Shown here in pieces: positions 1 to 12,149 of a stretch of 64,000 nucleotides of DNA. Both the position numbers and the translations under genes were made by a program. Position 1 is the first letter of the stretch, and every line of letters begins with the position of its first letter. The notes beneath the pieces were generated by a model. It was not told the origin of the DNA. It was given only the letters and a program-made list of their open reading frames with translations, and made no database searches. This stretch comes from Epiperipatus broadwayi (Eukaryota; Animalia; Onychophora), in assembly GCA_028023455.1 (NCBI GenBank), contig JAQFVV010000006.1, positions 6,200,001-6,264,000 of the forward strand, written 5' to 3'.

Positions 1-734
1 TGATTTCAGCATGGTGAGCCAAGACTGACTTATATACATAATAAGCTCTAAACATAAGCTTACACTTATGCTTTTCAAGTCAATGTTCACAGAAGAGTGC
101 AAGGAGATTCTTAAAGAGCATGTGAAGAAGAATTGTTCCTTTTTATAATATGATAAATATTATATTTGTATAAAAAAAGTTTTAAAAAAAAACACAGATC
201 ACAAAGTGTCAAAATAAAAATTGCTTACATTTAAACTACAACCGGTATAAGGCACCACTAAATCCCAAAAAGTAGCATATATCCTACAAAATTCAAACTA
301 CTTTGATTTTTTTGAAATTGTTGTTTTTTTTCTTATATTATTTGTAATTAGTTGTCAAAAACATTTTTCCATTGGCCAAGGAACAAGTTTTTTCCATCTC
401 TATTTATTAACAATAACTGAGCTAGCTTTTGGCTAGAAAAACCCAATTCGTAGCACTCTAGGGTGGCTGTGCACTCAGCTACTGTTAATAAATAGAGAGA
501 CAGAATAATCTTTTTCCTTAGCCAACATTAAAAATGTCTTTGCCAACTAATATGATTTTTGCAAAATACGATATACCTAGGAAGGTTAAAAAATTCTATG
601 AAAGGAAGGCATACAAATATGTATACCAGTATCACATACCAGTAGTAGTTGTTACAGGTTAATATATCCTTACTAAAGACAACCACAAGATATCATTAAG
701 TTTCAAGTTTACATCTGGACTAAAAATCGCTTAT

Positions 735-915
735 GATAATCTCTAGCTTAATAAATAGTTAGTAAATAATCATTATAATGTATTTGTCTACAAAGATGTG
801 TGTGTAAGAAAGCTGTAAAGTACATATTAAATTGTAATAATTTGATATTGAACAAAAATGTGAGAGGTTCTAGTCTGAATTCACTTAAGATTGCTGCCAG
901 AAATGCATCTTGGGG
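735..915 (+). mobile_element. Old, decayed copy of hammerhead family A2
   Basis: GATAATCTCTAG at 735 matches the reverse complement of the A2 terminal repeat. GAAATGCATCTTGGGG at 900-915 matches the A2 stem III/cleavage/stem I segment. The CUGANGA half is lost. Confidence 0.35.
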
Positions 916-1071
916 TCAGTTAACTTTTTTAGATATCTTTATTCATATGTTTGAAGTATATCTTGTTTTGAGTATGTATATCTTTAAAAAGTATTATCAT
1001 ATAAATACTACCTTAAATACCCATGATGTTTTATCTATTGGTTTAAGAGCACACATAATTGCTGTGTTTAT

Positions 1072-1162
1072 CTGCTTATAAATCAAATTCATCAGTCTTT
1101 GAATTATAAGAAAAAACTGCTTATAAATCAAATTCATCAGTCTTTGAATTATAAGAAAAAAC
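1072..1162. repeat. Perfect 45-bp tandem duplication
   Basis: CTGCTTATAAATCAAATTCATCAGTCTTTGAATTATAAGAAAAAA starts at 1072 and again at 1117. Confidence 0.95.
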
Positions 1163-1451
1163 AAAGATTTAAGTGTAGGTCCAGGTTCGATGTCCATACT
1201 AGTACTGTCACTGATCCGAACATCAACCCCCAAAGAAGAGAAATGAATAATACCACTTGAAATATATTGCATATACTGAACTATATGCTATTATTAAAAG
1301 TTGAATGTAATTGCAAAATTTAAATAAGGTTTAAAATTTTCTAAAGACATGCAATATTTAATATGAGATGATGGAAATAGTCCAAATATAGATACAACTA
1401 AAGTGTAACCATCACAAATTGTCATGCGAACAATAAGTAAGGACTATTAAT

Positions 1452-1841
1452 AATTTTTATTAGTCATTCATAAGACTAAAGATTATCCACTTAATGAATA
1501 ATATTTCTATAAGGTAATTTTCACTACAAGGTAGGGACTGGTTTCTAACCGTTTTCAACATCTTGTGGAGAGGTGTAATTATAAATATATGACTAAAGAC
1601 ATGTAAAGATGTATGATGTTCATTTCATGCTAAACCAGTACTCATCAGTAGGCCCAGATCACAATCTCTTACACATATCTTTATTATTGTTCAGTATATG
1701 TATAGAGCCAATTATTACTGTTTAATTGATAAGTGTCAAATTTTCTGCCCTTACAACTTTGACACAAACCACCTAATGAAAGTATATTAATTTTTATTAG
1801 TCATTCGTTAGACTAGAGATTATCCTTAATGAATAATATTT
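1452..1841 (-). mobile_element. Hammerhead family A2 element, one ~337-bp monomer plus ~50-bp terminal direct repeat
   Basis: AATTTTTATTAGTCATTC..GACTA.AGATTATCC..TTAATGAATAATATTT starts at 1452 and 1789. A decayed minus-strand hammerhead (CTGATGA GTACTG GTT TAGCAT GAAA) lies at ~1620-1652. Same layout as 36149-36556. Confidence 0.75.
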
Positions 1842-2006
1842 GCTATTAAAAGCAGATAGAGAGCAGGCCTTACCTTGCATAAGAGTGGCGTAATGAAAAT
1901 TACTCTACAGAAATATTATTTATTAAATAAGTAAGGATTGTTTATTGCATATGCAGAATTCAAAGGACTTAATAACTTTATAATGTTTGTAAATAGTTAG
2001 TTTTTT

Positions 2007-2097
2007 CATCGCATCCGCCTTGCAAGCAAGTAGTTGGTTGCAGACGGTTGTGGGTTCGCGTCCCGGCCGATGCTATGACATATGGGGAGAAAAAAAA
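2007..2097 (+). mobile_element. 5'-truncated tRNA-Gly-derived SINE, TGC subfamily
   Basis: GCCTTGCAAG anticodon loop, expanded variable region, GGGTTCGCGTCCCGGCCGATGCT T-arm/acceptor, TATGACATATG trailer and A tail. Closely similar to 51951-52063. Confidence 0.75.
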
Positions 2098-2573
2098 GTC
2101 ATACAATAAATAAAAATTCGTAATTATTATAAAGTAATGTATTTATTTATCTAGTAAAATAGAATTTATAAATAGTTGAACAGTAATGAAATTCATTCGA
2201 TAGATGGCTCATTTACAGTCGTATATCTAGGAATATCAGATAACTTTGGAATTTCGGTGGTAATCATGAAAACTACTTAGTTTTGTTATTGTAAGATTTT
2301 AAAACGTTCACAATGTAATATCAAAGAGATGACTTTATTATTATGGAATGGGATGTCATTCACTCAAGCTAAATACTTTCAATTCCTGCCACTCAGGCTA
2401 TCTATTTCAATATTTACTTTAAAACAAAGAAGCATTTAGATAAATATTAATTTTAAGTAATAACCGTGAAACATTTTAAAAATGTTTTCAAAAATATTTG
2501 TACTTTTCAAAAAAGGGATTTTTAGTGTTTTGTTTATGTTGGTATTTAAGTTCTCCTTAAATATGAGACACTT

Positions 2574-2667
2574 TTTTTTTTAATGTTTAAAGCGTCGACC
2601 GGGAAGCGAACCCGGGAAAACTCCTTGTAAGGCAGCTGTGCTAACCACTCAGCCACCAACGCTTGAC
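2574..2667 (-). mobile_element. tRNA-Gly-derived SINE, TAC subfamily
   Basis: Minus strand reads GCGTTGGTGGCTGAGTGGTTAGCACAGCTGCCTTACAAGGAGTTTTCCCGGGTTCGCTTCCCGGTCGACGCT, then an A tail. Flanked by the near-perfect direct repeat AATAT(G)AGACACTTT. Confidence 0.8.
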
Positions 2668-2937
2668 AATATAGACACTTTACGACCTAAAAACAGAAAA
2701 ATTTCTAATTTCCTGACTTATAATAAAAATTAAAAATTTTACTAAGACTGGTTATAAATGCAATTTGTTGAAAAGTAAGTTTATAATTCTAAGGAGTTCC
2801 AAAGATTAGCATGCTTCCTGATGCAGTTGTCTGTCATAATTACAACATGAGTTTGAAAACAAACTGTTTATTTTCCATCAAGCACATAATTTCTTTTTCA
2901 GTTAACAAGTCCATAGTTGTCTAAATTAATCATCTAA

Positions 2938-3125
2938 TCATCATCATCATCATTTTCAACCTTTATCAATCCATTGCAGGATGAAGGTCTCTCTAAGTTC
3001 AATTTATCTTCCCCAATCTCTAGCCTCTCTTCTCCACATCACCCCAGCAAACTTCTTTTTTCATCCAACCATCTCACACATGGCCTTTTTCTAGGTCTTT
3101 TACAATCTCTTGGAATACAGTTTAA
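2938..3125 (-). mobile_element. 3' end fragment of RTE LINE
   Basis: ATCAATCCATTGCAGGATGAAGGTC...CATCCAACCATCTCACAC matches the 3' end of the RTE at 21800-21960. (TCA)n microsatellite tail at 2938-2952. Confidence 0.75.
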
Positions 3126-4884
3126 AATTTCAACCAATATTAGACGATTTTAAGATTTTTTTGAAACATTAAAATCATCTAATATTATTTGACAAATGGG
3201 TATCTAGCTATCCCTAACTATGGGGTAAAACAAAAATGAAAAATTGTTCCAACAATTAGAAAAGCCTGGTAAAAGCTATCATTCATAGTTTCTCTGGAGG
3301 GGGGGGGTCGTTGCAGAGACTTTGAACCTGCATTGGATTATCTGAAAACTGCTTTCTTAGCTATTTAATCATACAAAAAATCACAAAAGTGCCTATCATA
3401 TCTTAGATAATAAAATAAGGCAATGATAACAGGAAATAAGTAAATTTTGTATGCTAGATAAAAATGCACAGTAGAATGCAGTAATAAAGAATCAACTAAT
3501 AAATAGCAGAAAATTCAATTAGGGGAAATGCACCTAAATCATCAATATTTTTATAACATCAAGAAATGGAGAAATAAAATAGGGAAAAAGCTTTCAAACT
3601 GCGTTATCAATATAAAAGTAAATTTATAGACCTATCACTGAACTCCTTCTAAAGAATGAAGTAAATGAACGATACATCAAAAGACTATATTTATCTGAAA
3701 CTACATATTAAACTGATGATAAAAAAAAACTAAAATTTTCAATAATTTTATTGCTCATTAAAATAAGTGTCAAAAAAATCATGTGGTACTTTGTTTTGTA
3801 TATATCATTATTGTGAAAACATCAAAGGCTACTTCAGTTAACATAAAACGGAAGTCATTAAAATAGGTAGTGATAGGCTTATTAGCAGATCTATATAACT
3901 ACACAAGCCAGTTATTTTGGGTTCAAAACTTTAAGGTGTATGAATCATAGGTTCTTAACCTGAATATTATAAACAAAAATATAAATGTTTAATGCACATA
4001 CAGATACAACTATAATGTTCCTCAATGATTAAAACCAATAGCCAGAAACTATTGTGAAGTGTGTGTGGCATAACTATCTGATGTCCATTGATTTCTCAAG
4101 ATTGCAACAGATGGCGTGGAATAGAATAAATAGGGTGTATTACTGTTTTAGTCCAGATATTGAAAGTAAGATGAAAAAATCACATGATGATTTATTTACT
4201 ATACTAATACAATGATTACTGTACTCTTAAAAATATTAATGTGATGGATGCACTTACATATATCATATAATTCATCAATTTATGAATTCCATATTTCTTT
4301 CTACAATTAATTGGGACTACAAATGTTATGATAATCTTTAGGCTAAGAAATGATTAGTATTAATCTTTAACGTACCTTTCTGAAATAGTCGGTGTCAAAG
4401 TTGTAAGTGTAGAAAGTTTGACACTTGTAAATCAAATTGTAATGAGTTAATTTTAATCAGTTCTTTGATTTGATAACTGAACTACTAATAACTCGTCATG
4501 TGTGAATAGCTCATATAATCTCAATTTGCACTTGCTGCTAGTAGGCTTCCAGGCCACATCAGACCCAACTAAATGTTAGTATTAATTAGAATCAAATTAA
4601 CCACAGTATATAGATATTAAAAACTTGGTTAGATAACTCTAAAAAAAAAAAGATGTATGTAGGCATTTTAAATATTTCGTGTATGAAAATTTTTCCACGT
4701 TATTAAATCACCTTGGTGGTTATCCAAATTAGAGCATTCCTCCAAAGTGGATCAGCACTCAGTTTAAAACTCTTTGGATTAAAATGTAACTCAATATTTA
4801 TAATATAAGACTAGAAAGAAATGCCTTTGATGAGGCATTTTGAAAATCAAAGAGAGAGCAAAAAATAACATATTCTCAAATATA

Positions 4885-5283
4885 CAGGGGATTTGAACTC
4901 AGACTTTCAAGTCACTTTACTATCCACACTATCTCATACTACTGATACACATGACCACACACATGCAGAAAAGACAAATAATCACCAGTATATGTATTTC
5001 ATGCTAAACCAGCACTCATCAGTTGGTCCAGATTATCATCTCCTATACATTTATCTTTTCTGCATGTGTGTGGTCATGGGAGATGATAATCTGGACCGAT
5101 GAGTGCTGGCTTAGCATGAAATATGTATATTGGTGATTATTTATCATTTCTGCATGTATGTGGTCATGGGTATCAGTAGTATGAAATAGTGTGGATAGTG
5201 AAGGTTCTTGAAAGTCTGAGTTCAAATCCCCCTATATTTACAATTAGGCTCCAGGTGTAAGAGTGCCTGGTATTTCAAATCGT
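4885..5283. mobile_element. Hammerhead family A1 foldback insertion with 15-bp TSD
   Basis: Arms ~4880-5043 and ~5079-5237 are reverse complements. ATATTCTCAAATATA occurs at 4870-4884 and 5284-5298. Confidence 0.85.
4984..5027 (-). ncRNA. Minimal type I hammerhead ribozyme motif (family A)
   Basis: Minus: ACCAA CTGATGA GTGCTG GTT TAGCAT GAAA TACATAT A CTGGT. Core intact, AUA triplet, stem I mismatch at 1.1/2.1. Confidence 0.65.
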
Positions 5284-5466
5284 ATATTCTCAAATATATA
5301 TATATGATTATTAGTAAATCCTCTATTTAATAAAAATGGAGTGAACAAATTCACACTTGGGTATAATTTCATGCATATATAAATTGCATAACCCCCATTC
5401 AAAAAATGTCTGTAGGTCAACACAGCACTCAATTTTTGCATGTCCCATGCCATATGTACATTTCTT

Positions 5467-5562
5467 CTTTTTTTTAAGTGTCATAGCATCAGCCGGGATG
5501 CGAACCCGCAACCCGAGAAACTGCCTGCAAGTGCAAGGCAGTCGCGCTGACCTCTCAACCAT
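5467..5562 (-). mobile_element. tRNA-Gly-derived SINE, TGC subfamily, 5'-truncated, 15-bp TSD
   Basis: ATATGTACATTTCTT at 5452-5466 and 5563-5577. T tract (poly-A tail) at the left end. Minus strand has GCCTTGCAC and GGGTTCGCATCCCGG. Confidence 0.85.
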
Positions 5563-5804
5563 ATATGTACATTTCTTGTGATATATTTTTAAATATTTTC
5601 ATACTTTATATCATGGTGAGTACATCATCTGATGGGAAAATTCAGCTTCTATAAAATTTAAGGATTTCAACAACAACAAAAAAAAAAACGATTTTTTAAT
5701 AGATAATTTATTTGCCTATATATATATATAGGCATAAAGTAGAATTGTGCAACATCATCTCACCTTATAGAAATTTTTACAAAATGTTAAAAGTGATCCC
5801 TAAA

Positions 5805-6020
5805 ACATAAATTTCATATGGAACCAGCATTCATCAGATGGCCCAGACCACAATCTCTTACATATATCTTCCATCAGTTCTTTAGTATTATATAGATAGC
5901 AAATTATCATAGTTTAATTTTAAATATCAAAGTTTCTGCCCTCGCAACTTTGACACAAACTATTTTATGTAAATATATTAATGATTATTACTAATTATTT
6001 ATTAAACTAGAGATTATCCT
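5805..6020 (-). mobile_element. Hammerhead family A2 fragment (decayed ribozyme)
   Basis: TTTCATATGGAACCAGCATTCATCAGATGGCCCAG, then TCTGCCCTCGCAACTTTGACACAAAC and ACTAGAGATTATCC, as in 1620-1830. Confidence 0.65.
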
Positions 6021-6192
6021 TAGCCGAAATAAACACTTTAAATCTCATTTAATGAATAAATATATCTGTAGTATTAAAGAGATATCAACACCTGTGTTTT
6101 CTTACCCATGTTGACTGTTTAGATAACTTTCACTCTACCACTTTCACACAAAGAATGGACTATTATTTATCCACTTTTATAATAATGAGTAG

Positions 6193-6540
6193 ATGCGGGA
6201 TTCGACTCAGAATTTCACATGAACCACTACTCTCAGTGCCATCTCATATTGCTGACCCACCTGATCACACATGTTGAAAAGATAAATAATCAATAAACGT
6301 ATTTCATGCTAAACCAGCAATCATCAGTTGATCTAGATTACTATATCCACACATATATACAATCAGTGCTCAGCTTTATAATAAGATAGCCAATCTTCAT
6401 ACTTTAATGGACAGGCTTCAAACTTGATGATTCCTGGTTTAGCAATGTGAGATGCCACTGAGAGTAGTGGATCGTGTGAAATCCTGAGTTCGAATCCCGC
6501 ATATATTACATATATAAATGCAGGTTTAAGCCTGTACAAT
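6193..6540. mobile_element. Family A-related element with ~70-bp inverted ends and a decayed hammerhead
   Basis: 6193-6250 is inverted against 6443-6502. Minus 6289-6332 reads ATCAA CTGATGA TTGCTG GTT TAGCAT GAAA TACGTTT A TTGAT. Confidence 0.7.
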
Positions 6541-7309
6541 GTATTAATTCTGTTGTTAATGATATTATTTTATCTTATAACTGTTCTGAGTAGTTTGCTA
6601 TAATCCTAAATTTAATCTTTTTGTTTATTCTGTTCACCTGCATGATTCAATGCAGAGTGGCGAAACTGGAACTCAAGGGTTATGGATCGAGCCCAGCCCT
6701 CTCACTCAGAATTTTTAGGAATTCCCTGAGCAATAAACCATTCTATTATTATATCCTAATAAGGTTTACAATTTGCTTCTTTCATCATAACAACCATTTT
6801 TTTTTAAAAAAAAAATGAAAATGAAGAAATAATTAAATACAAATAAGGCTGAAAGAGGTTATAGGATTTTTTTTTAAGGTAAAATAAAAAATGACCCCAA
6901 CTAAAATACTATTTATTTTAAATCTTGATAAAACCGATACATTTCTCTTTGTTTTTGAAACTGATACGTTTCCTTCTGATAAAAAAAAATAAAGAAGAGA
7001 GAATGAGTTACTCTGATATTAGAGATAAATTCTTTGCTGAAGCATTTGTTAAATTACAATTCCAGTCTTACCAAGATAAATTCTGATTTAGAAAAAAAAC
7101 ACACACACACACGTGAAATGATTTTCTCCCCTTTCTTCTTTTTTTAATAATATAAGAAAATTACGATAATAACAATTTTAGTACGAATACCATGTTTAAA
7201 GGGTGTGTAGTATATTCTGCCCATATATACATATTACCATTTATTTATATAACATGAGTTTTGTAGACAGTTTAAAATATGATTAAACAAGATATCATAA
7301 AGGAAAGTG

Positions 7310-7850
7310 TTGAGAATCTCTATTCAAATGGAATTCTGTTAGGTCCTTTAATTCTCCTACACATTCATAGATTTGACAATCATAAACAATGTGGTTTATG
7401 GTTTATGTTTGACATTTATATAGGTCAGTGGCTGTTAAATTCCATTTATGGATAAGGTGAATTATCTTGAAATTATGGATAAGATTCCAGTGATCGTTAG
7501 AAACATTAGATCTAGCTGGTTTTACTGTATAATCTTGATTTGAGATGTGTTTTAAGCAGTAAAACTACATTTTGAGTTAGAGATAAGTCAGATTTACTTA
7601 ACAGCTTTTCAAATATTTTCTGTAAGATATTTCAGATATCTGGTGAATGAATATGTGAAGGAATAGAAATCCACCAATAAGAGAGCAGTAGACTTAAGTG
7701 CTTCAGAAATATTTTTCATAGTAATGCATAAACAGAGACAATATAGTCCCCAGTTGAATACATTAGTGCTAAGGAAGCTTCCCATAAAAACTATTGAGTT
7801 GCAACTGTACCTAATACCATCCAGCAACCCAATGAACAAGAAAAATGTTT
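7310..7850 (-). pseudogene. Highly decayed non-LTR retrotransposon ORF2 fragment (Ingi/Vingi-like C-terminal Cys/His motif, tentative)
   Basis: Minus translation HKWNLTATDLYKCQT*TINHIVYDCQIYECVGEL resembles the KW..C.C..QT..HI..C end motif. MGSFLSTNVFN resembles the RT QGS.LSP.LFN motif. Clade recalled, not searched. Confidence 0.4.
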
Positions 7851-10500
7851 TTAAGACATCTCAAGTATCTATTACCATTATACTGTTAAAGTTACATCAC
7901 TGTGTAAGCAAATTGGTGAATGTTTATCACTGTGCAAGTAAATCAGCTAATGTTTAGAACCTTAGACTATTACAAATTTCCAAACCGTTAGTTTGAATAG
8001 CATAAATTGATTTGTAACTACTGGCTGGGCAGAGTAGCTAGGAGTGTTTCTACCAAATGTTGCATATTTAGGTAGGAATCAACATGATAATATGTTTGCA
8101 GAACTTTATAACATCTATTACTGATGCAAAACCTATAAATAAATAATTGATGAGCATACAGAGAAATTACGTATAAAAAACACAAGAATTCACATTGATA
8201 AACCAGATTTTATACAAAAGTAAATATTCTCCAATTAATGTTTTATATTTTTCCAAATCCAACACAATTTTTCACACCCTCTAGTGTCATGCTTAGCTAT
8301 TAATACATGATAAAGTGAATCCTCTTAAGTACTGTATTTGCAAGAGTGTGTAGAATATATAATAGTGACTACAAGGACAAAATTTAAATCAACTGAGATG
8401 TTATTAGAGCTCAACTTAAAATTATTATCGGAGCTTCAAATCTATTTGTAGATGACATGAGAAATTATATTCTATTTGAAAAATAAAACTTTCTGAATAT
8501 TTATTTTGCATAGGATTCAGTTTAGCAGTATGAATATATGTTTCTTTTATATACAATCTTTTTCTGTGTTCACCAGCATTTTAGTATAAGCTTTGCATAA
8601 ATAATGATTGTTACAGAGCTTTGCAAACAGATTTTCATGAATGTTTATTGACTATATATACTTCAATTAGTGAGAAATATTGTTATGCACCCAGTCTATA
8701 CAATGTTCACATTTTAATCAATTTGCACTATTTAAATTAATGCCCTGGAAATTTGTAACACTCAAGATTTGGAATATTTTCTTGCATGTAAGTTTAATGT
8801 TATAATGATAGTTATAGATGTCTGCTATATTTTAAAAGGATATTTTCTTTGCTGTAGACTATTTGGAACTAGAGATGACCTCACTGGACAGCCACCTACC
8901 ATTAATTGTAGTTGCATAGCAAATATTTTACAGGTAGCTTCCTTAGTATTAGAGTATTTAATTGGCGAAAACTGTGTTGGATTTGGAAAACATCAAATAT
9001 TATTTAGTGAATAATTATTTTTAAAAAATAACATTATTTCTGTTTAATAATGAAGCCAACAATACCTGCAGAAGAGAGAAAAATATCTCTTCAAACACGG
9101 TATTTTATATTACCTGTATGTTATTAATAACAGTTGAATGTATTTGTAAAAAGAATAAATTGGATTTTTCTGAAAATATTAGCAATTCAACTAAACGATG
9201 AAAATAGTCTAACATATATCTATATATCTGAAAATAAAATTCCATCATTTCAATCTTCAGATAAATCAATATAAGAAGAAATAGTTATAACTAGTGTAGC
9301 AGTATAATATTTGTGATGTCTTAATTACCAATGATCACATGACTATTTAAGCTTATTTTTAACATAAGTACTTAATTAGAGAAATTCACCTATTCTAGAA
9401 TCTTCAATTTATAAGCTTGAGTAGTCAATGAACATTAGATAGCACTTTCATTATACAGGTATGCTGATTGGCATTCAAAACCTAAGCATTATTTAAATTT
9501 AGGCTAATATATTGATAGTATAAAGAAATTAAATAGAAAAAAAAATCCACACAATAGTGCCATCTAGTGTAAGCTCTAGTAATCAGTAGTTGCTAAAACT
9601 AGTGTAGAAAAAATGTTGCTACTGTTTTAATAGCTTGGGTACACTTAAAGAAAATGTGAACATGTGATCTTTTAGAGATTTTGAGTTAAATGTGGCTGTT
9701 AGATGCGTTTTGGAATCTATGTTCTCAACTAATAAAACAGAAAGCAGAAGATGTTTTCTGAGACTGTAGATTCTAATTCTCAAGCAGGCAGTAGGTGGCT
9801 CTGAAGTAGAGTGAAGAGATTGCGTTTCATTTTCAAGCAATTGTCATTTTTCTGTTTTCGATTTTTAAATAACTGTCGTCTACCAAATAAAAAGTTTTGT
9901 TCGTTGCTTGAAAAGTCATGTGGTATTCAAATACGTAGAAATGACGAGTTGTGCTCTAATATTGGAGTTATTGGTGAACACCAATACAACACCATTTGAT
10001 TCTTTGCTTACTGCAGTGCATTAGAAACAAGAGCAACTTTCTACCCTGGTGCCATCTACAATGTGAATAAGTAATCAATGTTTAGTAGATCGTAGTACAT
10101 TTCAGTCCCTATCTGCAGAGTGATTTTGTTTTTAATTTTCATAAATGAGAACTTGAAATTCAAACCTGGAATCTATGCAGCTATGCTGTGAATTTCAGGC
10201 TTTTAGTTTGATAGTAGGAATGGAGTTATATGTTGTTTTTGAATGCGTAACTGCATTGATTTCATTTTAAAATTCCAGTCAAAAACCAGGCAGAAGATTA
10301 AAATACATTCTATCTCGTAATCCCTGGTTACTCAAGCTTACAATAGATGATACTAAAGTAGAGTTCTGCTTTTGGGTCTTTAACTCTGGATGCCATTTCT
10401 TAGTCAATGTGCTAAACTGTATGGGCCATCTATCGGATAAACTGATTATTTTCAAAAAGAATAGTAGTTATATAATAATAGCAACAACAAATCAAATTTC

Positions 10501-11138
10501 ATATATTATTTTTTTATAATCTCATATGCACTCTAATGCAAATTTTTATATAATTCCTCCTTTATTTTTCTAGCAGTTTCGACTGTCCTGCAGTCTTCAT
10601 CAGAACTATAACATTTAAACATATAATCATGTAATCATTATTTTATCTACATATAAAAAACATATTTTACATTATTATTTATAATCACATTTTATTTTTA
10701 ACTCTATACCTTTACTTCTCTTATTTCCTAATTATTATTTTATTATTATTTCTACTTTCTTTTCATTTTTATTTCTTCTATTCAATCTCTCATTCTACAT
10801 TATTCTTTAATATATCTCTATCACCTGTCATTTTATTTTTCATTTTCATACCTATTAATCTAATTTTTTTTCTTTCTTTCTATTATTTATCTACACTTAT
10901 TCTTTTATTAATAATAAGAGAAGTAAAGGTATAGAGTTAAAACCAAATATGATTATAAATAATAATGTAAAATAAGTACTTTTATGTGTATATAAAATAA
11001 TGGTTATATGATTATGTGTTTAAATGTTGCAGCTCTGATGAAGACTGCAGGACAGTTGAAACTTAAAAGAATAAAGCAAAAATTATATAAAAATTTGCAT
11101 TAGAGTGTATATGATGAGATTATAAAAAAGTAATATAT
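10501..11138. mobile_element. Foldback with family C-like hammerhead remnants
   Basis: Arms 10501-10725 and 10913-11138. Minus 10574-10606 reads CTGATGA A GACTG CAGGA CAGTC GAAAC TGCT. The plus copy near 11033-11062 has CAGTT GAAAC. The GUC triplet is lost. Confidence 0.8.
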
Positions 11139-11826
11139 AAGAATATATGAAGAAATGCAAAAAGAGTAAAAGAAGAAGATATAAGAACAAATCAAATTTC
11201 CCAATTTAAATAATAGGATTAGAGAGCTCTTCACACCATCTAGAGTAAATCTGACTAAACAGTTATTACCAAATGCATATAAAATCCAGATCCTTTAAAA
11301 TCCTATGATCAAATTCTGTCTTTTATTTTAGTTAATGAGACCTGGGGCTCAAAATTGGGAAGAAATGCAGATATGCTTGAGAGGTAAAATGGAGTTCATT
11401 CTTCCAACTGTGATCCCAAACCTCAGTGATAAAGACAGAGTACAGAAATAAGTCTAAGGATTGGGATTTAAGTACTAAGAATGGTGATTTAATGTGTATC
11501 TAACAATAACTGCTTACTCAATCTTACATTAGATGGCACTAAAGTTGAGAATTGCTCTTGTTTCAATATTGTTTATAAAATGTAAATAAACAATTTGTTG
11601 ATATTCCCCTCCCCATCAATTAATAGTGATGGTAAAAAGTTAATTCTACATTTATAAAAGTGATTTTCTTGCCTTTAAAATGAAAGTTAAGAATTTTAAT
11701 TTAAAATTGTTTTCAAAAAATGTATATAATAAATAAATATAATATTTCTGTTAATACAACTTATAAATTAAATATAACAATTCGCCAATTGCTAAAACAG
11801 TGAATCTTTAATAAATAAAACCACTA

Positions 11827-11866
11827 TTCCAATCGCTTTCAACTCCTACGAGTCCTTATCAAGGCC
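11827..11866 (-). ncRNA. Hammerhead motif, U3-A8 variant
   Basis: Minus: GGCC TTGATAA G GACTC GTAG GAGTT GAAA GCGAT T GGAA. Confidence 0.5.
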
Positions 11867-12110
11867 GTATAAAAAAATCCTATTTTTCTCCTAAGCAATA
11901 AATTCAACGTGGAATTGCATTGGCCAGGAACAACTAGTCGGAAAGCTGGTTAATTTTGAATTCATAGCACAAGATTAAAGAACTATATTTTATACAAAAT
12001 TCATCTTATGCTATGAATTCAAAATTAACCATCTTTCCAATTAGTTGTCCCTGGCCAATGCAATGAAACGTTGAATTTATTGCTTAGGAGAAAAATAGGA
12101 TTTTTTATAC

Positions 12111-12149
12111 TGTCTTGACAAGGACTGTAGGAGTTGAAAGCACTTGGCA
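12111..12149 (+). ncRNA. Hammerhead motif, U3-A8 variant
   Basis: TGTC TTGACAA G GACT GTAGG AGTT GAAA GCACT T GGCA. 4-bp stem I, CUU triplet. Confidence 0.55.

Noticed and set aside
1085-1145. CTGATGA on the minus strand in the 45-bp duplication
   Set aside because: No stem II, GAAA or NUH in the right arrangement.
4893-5225. Two opposite-strand ORFs with near-identical peptides (MNSDFQ...)
   Set aside because: They are the two arms of a non-coding foldback. Similar short ORFs at 25019-25328 and 50549-50803 are also repeat by-products.
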